Assembly (NCBI RefSeq): GCF_037042905.1
Contig: NC_087245.1
Coordinates: forward strand, 22,446,001 to 22,510,000
Direction: 5' to 3'
Length of the DNA: 64,000 bases
DNA from: Lytechinus pictus
Taxonomy: Eukaryota
Each line of letters starts with the position of its first letter. Positions within the stretch are counted from its first letter, which is position 1. This document shows, piece after piece, positions 25,301 to 35,561 of the stretch. Made by a program: the position numbers and the translations under genes. The notes beneath the pieces were generated by a model. It saw only the letters and a program-made list of their open reading frames with translations, ran no database searches and had not been told where the DNA came from.

Positions 25301-28300
25301 ATGGGAGGTTGTGGGTTCAATTCCTTATTCAAGCCATACAATGCCTTAAAAAAGGTGACCTAGGCATTCATCATTTGTATTAAAGATGAACAGCATGTGA
25401 AGAAAATTCCAGGGCCCCGTCTTACAAAGAGTTACGATGATCCGATCAATCACAACTATCAACGGCCAGCAACGTTAACATCGAAAATGCATGTTTGTTC
25501 AAAATATTTTCTAACTATGATGTATTTTCATGCATTCATTGTTTTCTTGAAAATTTACTATGCTCCTCTCTGTTTACAAAGGACATTGTTCAAATTTCAT
25601 GGAGAAAAAAGGTTATGGTATGGATGGATTTCCATAGAGTTACGATCGATTGGATCAATCGTCACTCTTTGTAAGACGGGGCCCAGGTATACTAATGAAC
25701 TCAAATACTTTTACAGCCACAAAACTTATGAATATTTTGTGAATCACACATTTGACTTACTTTATAGTCACAGCCCATTTTATCTGTTAAGTCGATGTAG
25801 TTATGTCTTAGTAGTACGGCCACTGAATGCAACAGTTCACTTAATTTGACTTTTCGATTCAAAGAAAAATGCCACAAAAATGCAATTTTTGTAGAGTTTT
25901 GAATAATTCTGTGCAAAGCTGTGTGTGGAAATGTTCATTCTAGCTTAATACAAAGTAGTTAAAATATTGGACCAACTCTCCCATTCCTTAATATTCCGTA
26001 AAGTTCCATTCATATTCATCCTTCTCTATCCAGGTTGCCATTGTAAACAACTTCCATTCCTTCATTGAATTCACCAAACAGCTTGAGGTACGTAGAACTA
26101 TTTTACCAAACAATGGTTCAGATGAAATGGAATATATTCAATACATGATTAAAATTGATGAGGAATTGTGTATTTTTGTTATGTTAGAATGATAATATTA
26201 ATTCGATAATTTATGATTAAAGGAATGATGATGACAAGCGATTGAAAGTGCATGAACAGATTCAAAGTTTGTATTGCACACATTAAATATTGAATTAAAC
26301 ATTGAATAAGTCATACGTAACTTTATAAACAGCTTCCTGAAACAGACCCCTGCTCTGAGATGTCAAATAGTATCAATGACTGTTTTTGTCATTAATTTTT
26401 GTTTTCTCATCAGAGAAGGCATCTGAAGCTACCGGTAGGAGAGACGGGATCAACCTCAGTGTTCCAGAGTTTGATTGGTGCATTCAATAAACTAGCAGGA
26501 GAGAGGTAATAGATAAACAATTCTGATTGGTTGATATTGTGTTTATTGAACAACATGTGCATGCAACTGTGTTTCTGATGGGCTATTTCAAGTTTGTGTG
26601 ATTAATTCCTACTTTCTAGTTATGAAGACCAGGGGTGGTATTCTGAAAACGTTCTTATCTTTGTTCTTATCTTTTATCTTATCTCATTGAGATAAGAAGA
26701 CGCTAAAATCATTGCAAATTGGTATTCTGAAAATCTTCTTAACGCGTTCTTATCTTTGTAAGGACTGCCTCCTTCTTATCTTCAACACGCCCATTTTTAG
26801 GATATTACCAATCAAAATGCGCTTTATATTGGCAGTTTAACCAATAGAAGCGTTCCTTATGTCAAGAGAATATCATGGGCGCTGCGCGTACACTGTTTCT
26901 GGCGCATTGCGCGAAATAGGCAATTTATACGCAATGACTGATTATTAATTCGAGACACGTGCATAAAATAAAAAAAGAAAGTAAAGAAAAAAGTAAATAA
27001 AGCAGGTGGGTGTTTCATAAAGCTGTTCGTAAGATACGAATGACTTTACGAACGACTGGTGATCCTTTCTTGTGCTCTGTGGTATCCCTATGTAATTGAG
27101 TTATGACCTAAGAAGTAAGAACATGTTTCAGTCGTGCGTAAAGTCGTTCGTAACTTTACGAACAGCTTTATGAAACACCTACCAGGTAAGAATAAAGAAT
27201 GAAATATGAAGAAAAGAAAAGAAAGTAAGTAGGTAAGTAAGAAGACAGAAAAGTGTCAGAATGAAGCAGAAATTTAAAAAAAAGATGAAAGGAACAAAGC
27301 AGAAAATAATGAAAGAAATAAAGAGTAAACAAAAGTAAGCAAGCAAAAAAGCAACAACTTAAAAATACAAAATAAAGAAAGAAAAACGAATGAATAAAAG
27401 AAGGAAAAAGAAATAGAACGATTATCAATGATAAAGCGAGGAAGAAAAAATAAAGAAAGGAAAGAACCTTAAAGGAAAAAAAGTAAAAGGACAAAATAAA
27501 AAGATTAAGAAAGGATAAATGAAGTAATAAAGAACCGAAAAAGAAAAAATTGTTAGAAAAAACGAATGAAAGACAGTAAGAAAGAAAGAGAAAAAGAAGG
27601 AATAAAAATGTAAAAAGTGAAGGAAAAGAGAAAAAAGGAAAATGAAACAAAGAAATAAAGATTAGAGAGAAAAAAATAAAGGAAAATTAAAGCAAAAATA
27701 AAGACTACAGAAAGATAAAAGGAAAGAAAGGTAAATTCAAAGAAAGAAAAGGAACGAAAAGGAAAAATAAAAAGTCAGGAAAAGTGAAGAATAAATAAAA
27801 ACAAAAACGAAAAATATTAATGGAAAGAATAAAGAAAAAGATTTTTAAATATTAATAGAAGAAAGACACAGAAAAGAAAGTAAAGAAAGAGAGCAAATAA
27901 AGAACGAACAAAAAAAGAATGAGCAAAATAAAGAATAAAATAAAAGAAAGAAAGTAAATAAGACACAAGAGTGTCAGGAAGCAGAAATAAACAAAATGAA
28001 AGAAAGAACAAACGAACGAACGAAAACAGAAAAAAGAACCCAAAAATAAAAAGAAAAAATAAAAGAAAGAAAATTAAGGGAAAATACAAATGAAGGGAAG
28101 GAAGAAAGTAAGAAAAAGGGGGAAAGGGAAAAGCATATATAAAGACGAAAGAAAACAAATAAGGAAGAAATAAAAAGATAAAAAAAAAGTGAAGGTAGAA
28201 AGAAAGAAAAAAGGAAGGGATGAGAGAAAAGGGCAAAGAAAAAAAGCACAAAGGGAAAATAAAAAAGGAAGAAAGATGAAGAATAAATGAAACAAAGCAA

Positions 28301-31300
28301 AAGAAAATTAAAAGATTCACAAAGAATAAAACAAAAGATATAAATGAAGAATGAAAGAAAGGAAGAAAGACAGACAAATAGAAAGGAAGAAAAAGAGAAA
28401 ATAAATAAAGAAAGAAAGAAAAAGGGATAGAAAAAAGAGACGGGCAAAATAAAGGGTGAATGAAAGAAAGGGTGGGAGGAATACTTGTGGGTACTTGTTA
28501 CTACTAGTGACCATCGAGTTTGAGCAAGAAAGAAAGTGGACATCGTGAGATGTGATACCCCTCTAGCTATCTTAAATATTATCATAAATATCGTGAAAGA
28601 TAAGAAAGAGAAAAGATAAGAACGTTTTCAGAATACCACTTATCTTCATTTTGTTATCTTTTTAGCGCGCTTTTGTATTATATGCGCGAGTAATACATTT
28701 ACGCGCTCAGCATAGGATGTTTAGCAAGATAAGAAAAAGATAAGAACATTTTCAGAATACCAATTTGAGATCGTGACGTAGATAAGAACAAAATTAAGAT
28801 AAGAACGTTTTCAGAATACCGCCCCTGGTCATTAGATTGATTTGTGAAAGAAATTGTATCAATGTGGTCAATTTTAGTTTTAAAAAAGGAGGAAAGATTC
28901 ATTGACAGTGCAGTATTGTGTATTGGCATCAGAATATAGTAATTCATTTTATTAAAAAAAAGTTATCTAGCATTCTAAAAAAATCAATCATTTACAGAGA
29001 ATAAATGTGATTTAAAAGTTACAATATATACAAAGGGATAGCGAAGATTATGAACTATACTATTGAATGAACTGTATACAAAGGATTAGGTAAAATATAA
29101 AATTAAATTTTAAATACTAGTTGTATGATTTGTGTTTAAAGATAAAAACCAGTTGTTGTATCGATCTCAAAATGAGTTCAAACAGAATCCAATTAAATTA
29201 CCACCAAAGTGTTTGTACAGTATGTATATATGTGCCAAATGGCTCTGGAAGAAAATGCGTTATTGCTGAGAAATGAACAATATAAGCACGGAATTTCATC
29301 AAATGCTGGCTATTTTTTAAAGCAATATTAATACACTGTCTCACATGCTTTCCTGAGTGAGTGATCATCAGAATTATCAGTTTTAAGCTAAGATTTCATG
29401 ATTTCACAAAGTTTACATTAATGTTCCAGGTCTATATATATGATAATATGGTGACAATTAACCTTGGTTTAAAAAATACTTTCTCATGAAATGATTGTTT
29501 GCTGCAACTACTCTCTTTTATCTTTAACTATGTTTCAGAGGCAAAGTATGATGCTGACTATAATTCCTTTTTTTTCCTTTTTACAGTCTTGGAGATCTTT
29601 TATGGGAGATGTTTTTAGATCTTGAACCTCATCTCAATCAGATCATTACAAGACCATGGTAAGTTTAGCTCTCACACTTTTGATGAGATAATAGAGGTAC
29701 TTTAGTGGTGGTACTATCATTAAGTTATGACTGTTAAGTAAGACCACACTTTTCTGATGTGCCATGTAGATTTAGATATGCCAACTCATTCACCACATAC
29801 AAATTTCTCCAGTAAAAAAATTATCACTTCCAAATAATACTAAAAAATAATTTTGTTAAAATGACGAGAAAGAGGTATTGTGAGTAAACAATAAATTTCA
29901 ATAAGTTTCTAGTGTAATATTGTTTTATTCATGAATGATAATAATTAAAGATAAATTATAGCATTACACTGAAATTTTGACGAAAATTTCTATTTTTTTT
30001 AATAAGTATTTTTGTTTAACCCACTGGGATGGTCTTTGTTTTCTCTATGCTATACAGGTTTCAGCACCCTGGTTCCCCTGCCCTTGATACTGTGTGTATC
30101 ACCATAGAAGATTACTACAATGATTTCATCCATCTTAGACCTAACTACCTTGAATCACTGGTGAAGGAACTAGAGAAGAGAACTGTTACTGCTTACGTCA
30201 AGGGGATGCTGGAGAGGTAAAGCCTCAATCAGATATTGTGCACCAAACCCCAGCAAATTGTTTTTATTGTGTTGAGAGATGAATTCCCCCACTTACACTG
30301 GACAAAGCTTCAAGCTTCAAGAATCACAAACAAATTGCCCGCAGTTTCGCAGAAAAATATATGATTTGATTTTTTCCATTATAATGTTGTGATTTGTGTT
30401 ACATGTATATGATCATAAGGATTTCATTTTGAAGCAAGAAGTCACGTTGAATGACTCAGGAGTTTCTCAGTGCAAATTATTTTGTTTGTACTGTGAATTT
30501 TATTGGTATTCACTTTTTTGGCATCTTTCGTTTTAAAGATCAATAATGAATCCTGAATTTAATTGTAAACTTGGTATTGATTACTTAGACTTCTTGAAAT
30601 AGATATTTGAATTATATATTGATCTATCAATTTATAATTTTCAATTGATATTTGCAATCGAGTACAAATAGATTTTGTAAAACACCCCTTCTTCCTGCTA
30701 ATATCATTTCAGACGGATGACATTTAAGCTGTATGAGGAGCGTAAGGAGGCTGCTGAGAAGATTACCAGAGAGAGTGATACACTGGAGAGGCTCTTTGCA
30801 CGTCTTAAACGGTCTGAGGATAGAGATACGGTAGGTTACCGGGAACCTGTTTCATAGAGCTCTTTGTAAAGTTATGCAGGAATTTATAAACGACTGGAGT
30901 ATGAATTGCTTAATTGTGAGCCCAATTTTTGTTAGTTTTTGAAAGATGTGATTGTTCCTAATAATCTCTTCTGAAATGTGGCAAAGTACATCAACATAGT
31001 TGCTAGCTATGAAGCGTCATTGTTATAAGGTTTTTCTCATGCATTATGTCCTCCCCCTCATCCACAAAACATCCTCAAAATCCAGAATGCTTTTAGAAAT
31101 AAACTTGTATAAAAATATGCTTCTTCTTGTCGGACAGCTTTTCTTTCCTTCTTTGTTCTACTTCTTGATTGTAAAGATAACTATATTTCACATTATGTTT
31201 GTGTGCAATGATATTCATATTTTTATAGGCCCCTTCCCAATGTGAGGTGATTCCCCTGATGACAGAGGTCATTCGTATGGAAGATACATCCATGCTATCT

Positions 31301-33110
31301 CTTGAGATATCGGTGAGTTCATTTTGATCCTGAAAGGTCAGGGCAGGATATCCCCAACAATTTGCATGGTTTTTGCCAGAATGCACAAATTATTTCACAA
31401 AATAAAATGACTTTCTTTGCTTTGAAGTGTGGCTAAACTTTTTACAACGTACGGATAAAGCATTGCTGCACTACATGTCTTTTAAAGGGGTAATTAGTTA
31501 AACCCAGATGTAAGTCCAGTCTGAAAATTTTTCGTCCACATTGTTATGGATGCTTGATTTCAACTTCCTTGTATAATATTTATGACAGAGGTGAAATTAC
31601 CAATAAACTGAAATCATTTCATGCACTCAATCTAATTTTCCTCTTATTTCATTGTCAATTTCATTTAAAAATTATGTGACACTCTTCTCTGCAGGGTTAA
31701 AATGAGTACTTAGCAGTGAGTCTGTGAGAGTGTACAGTCTAAGTTAACCTACGGTTAACCTCATCAATTCTGTTTGAACGCCAACCATGTATGACATGTT
31801 TTCTCCTTATAAATGTTATTTTTGCGCTTTATTTTTTCCAGACTTTGGTTCATCGTTATGCAGACATCAGAACTGATCATCTTGTCAACCTTCTTGTCTC
31901 AAGAGGTGACTTCACTGTAGCAACTGCAAGACAGGTCAGTTTGTCTGCAATCTGGGTCCCGTCTTACGAAGCGTTACGATTGATCCGATCAACCTCAATT
32001 CTATGGAAATCCATCATTGTCATCATATTTTCTACAAGAAACTTGAACAATGTCCTTTGTAAACAAAGAGAAGCACACTGAGTTTTTAAGAAAATAATGT
32101 ATGAATACAAATATTTAGAAAATACTCAAACAAACATGTGTAATAGATGTTGACGTTGCTGGCTTTCCATAGTTGTGGTTGATTGGATCAATCGTAACTT
32201 CTTGTAAGACAGGACTCTGAGCACATCTGTATCTCATCGAATTTCATAAACCAATGTTTTTAGTATTGGTTTCCAATTATATTTTTGTTACATAGCGTGT
32301 TATTTTTCTTACTTTTACTCTTCATTACCATATACTGTATTATGATTGTTATATGTACATGACACTCTCAAAAAGCAGTTTTTATGTACTTGTGAATCAC
32401 CCTATCCTTAAAGGAAACAAGTAAATAAATGATGAATATTTCTTTCTATATTATAAAAGGATTTTGGCGAGATGGTTCTCTAAAGCATTCTGTCATTTCA
32501 AACACATATTTTTTAAAATATGCTTTCAGGAAATACATATGTTTATAATTTAACATAATATTAGGTATGCTGATATATTTCAACAGTATTAAGTGTAACA
32601 ACAAGATATTTTCATTAACCATATATTAATTGTTGACTTTGATGGATTTCTAAAAGAGCCAATTTCTTGTTCAAATGTCAATTTATTGTCATATGCATTT
32701 TTTATCACAGCCTTTGAGGGGATAAGTTATTTTATATAATTTCTACCCATTTTCTTAAATTTATAGGTTATTACTAAATAGGTTCATTATTGCGGACTGA
32801 AATAATCGCTAGAGGGTATTCATTTGTCTCGCAATCTACTATGGTCAACAAGGAAATTCGTTGAATACCCTCTAGCGATTATAGGTTATTGTATTGACTT
32901 TTGTGCTAATTCGCTTCGTTTATGGACAAAAACGCTGTAAATGCTCTGTTCAGTCATAATGAATTGGCAATTTGAAGGTGTTTCATAGTGTTTTAAAAAT
33001 ATTTATTCTGTTTCCATTACTTTCCTCAGGTTGTGGTAGATACGCTAGGCGAAGATGACCAGAGGCAGATGTCTACCAGAAGTATCTTCTCAGATATACC
33101 AGCTAAATAA
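4242..33110 (+). CDS. EXOC3: Exocyst complex component 3 (Sec6), complete 24-exon gene model, 742 aa
   Basis: Manually spliced exons (listed below) join at GT-AG sites with compatible phases into a 2229-nt ORF. Peptides such as [59 protein letters not shown] and [14 protein letters not shown] match Sec6/EXOC3 as I recall it. Confidence 0.96.
5653..6422. repeat. Direct duplication, two ~350-bp copies at a 421-bp period
   Basis: TAGCCAGG.GGCTTCTTGAGAGTAAAAATC... occurs twice; ORFs 5708 and 6129 are near-identical. Confidence 0.92.
7357..7572 (+). mobile_element. tRNA-derived SINE
   Basis: A box TAACTCAGTTGG, B box GGTTCGATTTCC, unrelated body and (ACCAA)n tail. Confidence 0.8.
7654..7823 (+). 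CDS. EXOC3: EXOC3 exon 2 ([12 protein letters not shown]...EIRT)
   Basis: tttacag acceptor, gtaag donor, conserved N-terminal peptide. Confidence 0.95.
7903..8187. mobile_element. Kolobok-like MITE, internally deleted (AAAGATAAA..CAGTTG family)
   Basis: Homologous to copies at 29137-29527 and 34234-34626; ends in ATCTTTAA. Confidence 0.65.
8247..8337 (+). CDS. EXOC3: EXOC3 exon 3 (VLEVDAK...SQHSQ)
   Basis: acacag acceptor, gtaaa donor, phase-compatible. Confidence 0.92.
10194..10520. mobile_element. MITE with CCC..GGG ends nested in the BEN element
   Basis: Inverted GCACTTCCA..TTGACGAGTGGATACCAG arms; imperfect 8-9 bp flank duplication (CCAAAATC/CGAAAATC). Confidence 0.7.
10819..11078. mobile_element. 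hAT-like MITE (CATGGGCGGATCCA...TGGATCCGCCACTG)
   Basis: Inverted ends and poly-G tracts; no clear TSD. Confidence 0.7.
12050..12925. repeat. Three degenerate ~300-320-bp tandem units downstream of the BEN ORF
   Basis: AAGTATTC.CACAAAGTA.T..TC.GCAAACT recurs near 12142, 12446 and 12761. Confidence 0.75.
12973..14503 (-). pseudogene. Two-exon gene for a CxCxxC / Pro-rich / coiled-coil / BEN-domain protein with three in-frame TGA stops
   Basis: Exon A 14503-14342 ([11 protein letters not shown]...) joins in phase 0 to exon B 14049-12973 (polypyrimidine-cag acceptor). ORF-track entries 13729..14040 and 12973..13446 share one frame separated by a single TGA. The C-terminal [16 protein letters not shown]...[10 protein letters not shown]...[10 protein letters not shown] fits the BEN-domain pattern. 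Exon A is less certain because its donor is weak. Confidence 0.75.
15083..15189 (+). CDS. EXOC3: EXOC3 exon 4 ([12 protein letters not shown]...HAHK)
   Basis: attag acceptor, gtaag donor, conserved peptide. Confidence 0.95.
15356..15437 (+). CDS. EXOC3: EXOC3 exon 5 ([14 protein letters not shown]...)
   Basis: tttag acceptor, gtaag donor. Confidence 0.95.
16253..16291 (+). CDS. EXOC3: EXOC3 exon 6 ([13 protein letters not shown]), 39 nt
   Basis: ttacag acceptor, gtaagt donor, phase 0-0. Confidence 0.88.
16717..16826 (+). CDS. EXOC3: EXOC3 exon 7 ([13 protein letters not shown]...RIIEREE)
   Basis: ccatag acceptor, gtgag donor. Confidence 0.95.
18788..18901 (+). CDS. EXOC3: EXOC3 exon 8 (IDKK...PGRPKNWR...)
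   Basis: taacag acceptor, gtaag donor. Confidence 0.93.
19353..19458 (+). CDS. EXOC3: EXOC3 exon 9 (IEASQLEDR...MWLVRHLE...IVK)
   Basis: tctcag acceptor, gtaag donor. Confidence 0.95.
19591..20282. mobile_element. Harbinger-like MITE with many AAGCAATTGCTT subterminal palindromes
   Basis: GGCCGTATGCATAAA.ACAAGCAATTGCTT TIRs at both ends. Confidence 0.85.
20686..20995. mobile_element. Harbinger-like MITE
   Basis: TIR GGCCCGTATTCTGAAGTC; 3-bp AAA duplication. Confidence 0.88.
21073..21156 (+). CDS. EXOC3: EXOC3 exon 10 ([14 protein letters not shown]...)
   Basis: ttatag acceptor, gtaag donor. Confidence 0.94.
21821..21894 (+). CDS. EXOC3: EXOC3 exon 11 ([20 protein letters not shown]...)
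   Basis: cttcag acceptor, gtaag donor. Confidence 0.93.
22391..22486 (+). CDS. EXOC3: EXOC3 exon 12 ([13 protein letters not shown]...QQ)
   Basis: tttacag acceptor (third of three tandem copies and the only one followed by an open frame), gtaag donor. Confidence 0.9.
22970..23036 (+). CDS. EXOC3: EXOC3 exon 13 ([12 protein letters not shown]...DTK)
   Basis: tttacag acceptor, gtatg donor. Confidence 0.93.
23686..23778 (+). CDS. EXOC3: EXOC3 exon 14 ([18 protein letters not shown]...FQMIEQN)
   Basis: ttatag acceptor, gtgag donor. Confidence 0.95.
24148..24241 (+). CDS. EXOC3: EXOC3 exon 15 ([11 protein letters not shown]...)
   Basis: atgtag acceptor, gtcag donor. Confidence 0.92.
25186..25256 (+). 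CDS. EXOC3: EXOC3 exon 16 (AIRDYK...FFQYM)
   Basis: aatcag acceptor, gtaag donor. Confidence 0.92.
25261..25345 (+). mobile_element. Truncated tRNA-derived SINE head
   Basis: A box TGGTTCAGTGG, B box GGTTCAATTCC; no intact acceptor stem. Confidence 0.6.
25413..25683. mobile_element. Harbinger-like MITE
   Basis: TIR GGCCCCGTCTTACAAAGAGT; CAG duplication. Confidence 0.9.
26034..26087 (+). CDS. EXOC3: EXOC3 exon 17 ([18 protein letters not shown])
   Basis: atccag acceptor, gtacg donor. Confidence 0.92.
26414..26505 (+). CDS. EXOC3: EXOC3 exon 18 (RRHLKLP...AGE)
   Basis: catcag acceptor, gtaat donor, phase-compatible with neighbours. Confidence 0.85.
27006..27182. mobile_element. Nested Harbinger-like MITE
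   Basis: TIR GTRGGTGTTTCATAAAGCTGTTCGTAA; CAG duplication; second copy near 36565-36750. Confidence 0.88.
27190..28480 (+). repeat. ~1.3-kb A/G-rich low-complexity tract
   Basis: Direct reading; source of the spurious Phe/Leu-rich ORFs on the - strand. Confidence 0.95.
29137..29527. mobile_element. Kolobok-like MITE
   Basis: TTAA-AGATAAA...TTTATCT-TTAA ends. Confidence 0.78.
29587..29658 (+). CDS. EXOC3: EXOC3 exon 19 ([16 protein letters not shown]...)
   Basis: ttacag acceptor, gtaag donor. Confidence 0.94.
30058..30216 (+). CDS. EXOC3: EXOC3 exon 20 ([23 protein letters not shown]...)
   Basis: atacag acceptor, gtaaa donor; overlaps ORF-track 30029..30220. Confidence 0.95.
30713..30830 (+). 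CDS. EXOC3: EXOC3 exon 21 ([17 protein letters not shown]...)
   Basis: tttcag acceptor, gtagg donor. Confidence 0.94.
31229..31312 (+). CDS. EXOC3: EXOC3 exon 22 ([28 protein letters not shown])
   Basis: ttatag acceptor, gtgag donor. Confidence 0.92.
31842..31934 (+). CDS. EXOC3: EXOC3 exon 23 ([14 protein letters not shown]...RGD...)
   Basis: ttccag acceptor, gtcag donor. Confidence 0.94.
31955..32216. mobile_element. Harbinger-like MITE, same family as 25413-25683
   Basis: GGTCCCGTCTTAC...GTAAGACAGGACT ends; CTG duplication. Confidence 0.85.
33030..33110 (+). CDS. EXOC3: EXOC3 terminal coding exon 24 ([26 protein letters not shown])
   Basis: cctcag acceptor, TAA stop at 33108-33110. Confidence 0.9.
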   Translation, partial: VVVDTLGEDDQRQMSTRSIFSDIPAK

Positions 33111-33638
33111 GAAGATTATGGGGGAAATTATGAAATGAGAGAGAGTGAGGGTGGGGGGGGGGGGGAGAGAGAGAATGTGGAGAAGGGGGGGATAATGAGA
33201 GAGACAGAGACAGATGTCTACCAGAACTTTCTCCTCTGATATACCTGCAAAATAGGAGAATTGAAAGAAAAGGCTCTCTACATGGGATGGGGAAATGCTG
33301 AACAGAGAAAGAGATGGGGAGAGGGAGAGAGATAATGAAGAGATGGAGACATAATGGATTGAATTCATGAAAGGAAATGATGAGAGAGAGAGAGAGAATG
33401 GGTATGAATGGATTTTAAAGAATAATAGATTGAGAAACAATGGATTTTCAGAAAGAAAGAAAAAGGAGAAATAGTGTGAAGTTGTATGAAAACTGACCAG
33501 TTTGGATAAATAAATGCATACTCAGATAAATGTATATTGATATATATGACATTTTTTGTAGACGCAACTCCATGTGCAATATATTTCTAAAAGTGCATGC
33601 TACAGTAATTATTTTTTCTGTAAAATAAGCCATATTAA

Positions 33639-34211
33639 TCATGAGTATATGTTTCTATCATTCATCAAGTCCATTGAATGCTTGACTGCATAACTTGGAT
33701 TCGCATCATTCTTTTCCATGAGATGTGTGACAAGTGCATTCACTAATACTCTGAGTTCGGGTGGACTTGCAGCATGGTTTCTTTGGATGTCTGCAATTGT
33801 TCTTGCACCCTTTATACCCCTTTTGTCTTGGAGATTATGCCTCTGATATAAAAATAAGGCTTTTGTGCCTTTCCTTAACTTGTATTTTCATTTAGTTCTG
33901 TACTTGCACTTTCTCTTATACTTACTATCATTTTCCTCTTTAACTGCATATGAGCGGTTTGGTTCCAACCTCGGGTGAGCAACTTGATCTTCATCTGTAC
34001 CTCCTGCAGCAGCCTCCAGACTTGTCTTATATTCCTTGTACTTGCCAAGGAACTTGAATCTTGTACTTATTCTAGTTAAGACTTGTGAAATAATATCCAC
34101 ATCACCAAGGTCAAAGGCATCGTCATCTATTCTACGATCTTGAAATCTGTTTCAAAACTCCTCCAGACCCCTGAGCCGAAGTCTTTCAACAACAGCACCA
34201 CCGACGAGCCA
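33639..34211 (-). pseudogene. Decayed SAM-domain / SAMD3-like gene fragment, probably transposon-derived
   Basis: One frame with two internal TGA stops (34152-34154, 33888-33890). It reads ERLRLRGLEEF*NRFQDRRIDDDAFDLGDVDIISQVLTRISTRFKFLGKY (SAM-like), then ...ELRVLVNALVTHLMEKNDANPSYAVK (SAMD3-like helix pattern). Confidence 0.55.
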
Positions 34212-34233
34212 TGCTGATCACATGATGATTAAT

Positions 34234-34626
34234 TTAAGATAAATGCCAGTTGTGGTAACAATCTCAAAATGAGTTCGAACAGAATCCAATCAAATGACAA
34301 TCCAAGTTTTTGTATACAATAAAAATATGTGCCAAATGGCTCTTGGAAAAACTGTAATTGCTGAGAAATTAGCAAAATAAGCATGGAATTACATAAAATG
34401 TCGGGTATTTTTCCAACCAATATTAATACTCTGTCCCACATTTGCAATTTTGTGTTAGTGATCATCAGAGTTATTGGTTTTCAGCCAAGATTTCATGATT
34501 TGACAAAGATAAGTTTATTTCAATATACCAGATCTAGATCTGAGATAACATGGTGGCAGTTAACCTTGATTACAAAGACTTTCTCATGAAATAATTATTT
34601 GCTGCAACTACTTTCTTTTACCTTTG
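34234..34626. mobile_element. Kolobok-like MITE, same family as 29137-29527
   Basis: Collinear similarity throughout. Confidence 0.75.
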
Positions 34627-35561
34627 ATACTTGAATCGTACTCCCGCCTTGTATGTTCAATCTTGAATTTGCTGCACCCCAAAAGCTATATCATCAGCTG
34701 TCCAGAGTGGAAGTAACAGTGGTTGTGTGTGTATATGATGTGCAAGTAAAGAAGCAAGACATTTGTAAAGGTGAAGACCCGGCTATAAGCCAAGAATTGT
34801 TTCAAATCTGTCTATATATTGAAGATTTTTTTGTTCAAGTTCACAGGGAAATCATTCAAATACATTTTGATCCCAGTTGACTGCTTTCTGAACTGGTGGT
34901 ACGTTGTAATTTGCAATTATAAAAAGTGAAGGTGAACCTTATAGATTAAAATCAAATGTAAATCTGTACAAGGTATCATCAATTTATGGTCGACTGAAAG
35001 TAAATTTATTTAATGAGATATAAATGACACAAAATTATAATTGTATACTGCAAATGATTATGTTCAATGGCTTGCATGCTAATAAATGATTAGAATATTT
35101 ACATTACGAGTGTGCTGTGTTTTGTATTACTAAATGTATGAATGTGAAGTGAACTATTTATTGAAACGTGTCCATGTTATTTTCATTTATCAGTGATTTC
35201 ATCTATTGAGTCATACAGAGAACGTTGTATAAATAGATATAGAATGACAGGTAATATGATAACTAGCACGCCAGGCATCTCTAAATGAATCACAGTTTCT
35301 ATTACCCCCACCCCCTTGCAATGAAGCAAGTTTGTCAGTTAAAGATCAATGCATCAGCCTCATGAATCCCTGGAACTTTTCTTTTTGACAAAAAGAAGGA
35401 GACGGGGGAGGGGACAGGGATTGCTTACGAGTGTGTTTGTGAGAGAGAGAGAAAAAAAAAAAATTACTTCGCTTTTGTAGTGTGTGGGGGTGTGTTCGTA
35501 CTAGACGTTGGAAAGAGAGAGGGAGTAGGTGGATTACAATTTTTAAATAATTTATTGTTAA

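Larger units (their letters stand above)
26633..28824. mobile_element. Harbinger-like non-autonomous element with a purine-rich core
   Basis: TIR GGGYGGTATTCTGAAAACGTTCTTATCTT; CAG/CTG flanks. Confidence 0.85.

Noticed and set aside
27168..28585. Several 60-200 aa Phe/Leu-rich ORFs on the - strand
   Set aside because: Artefacts of the A/G-rich low-complexity tract.
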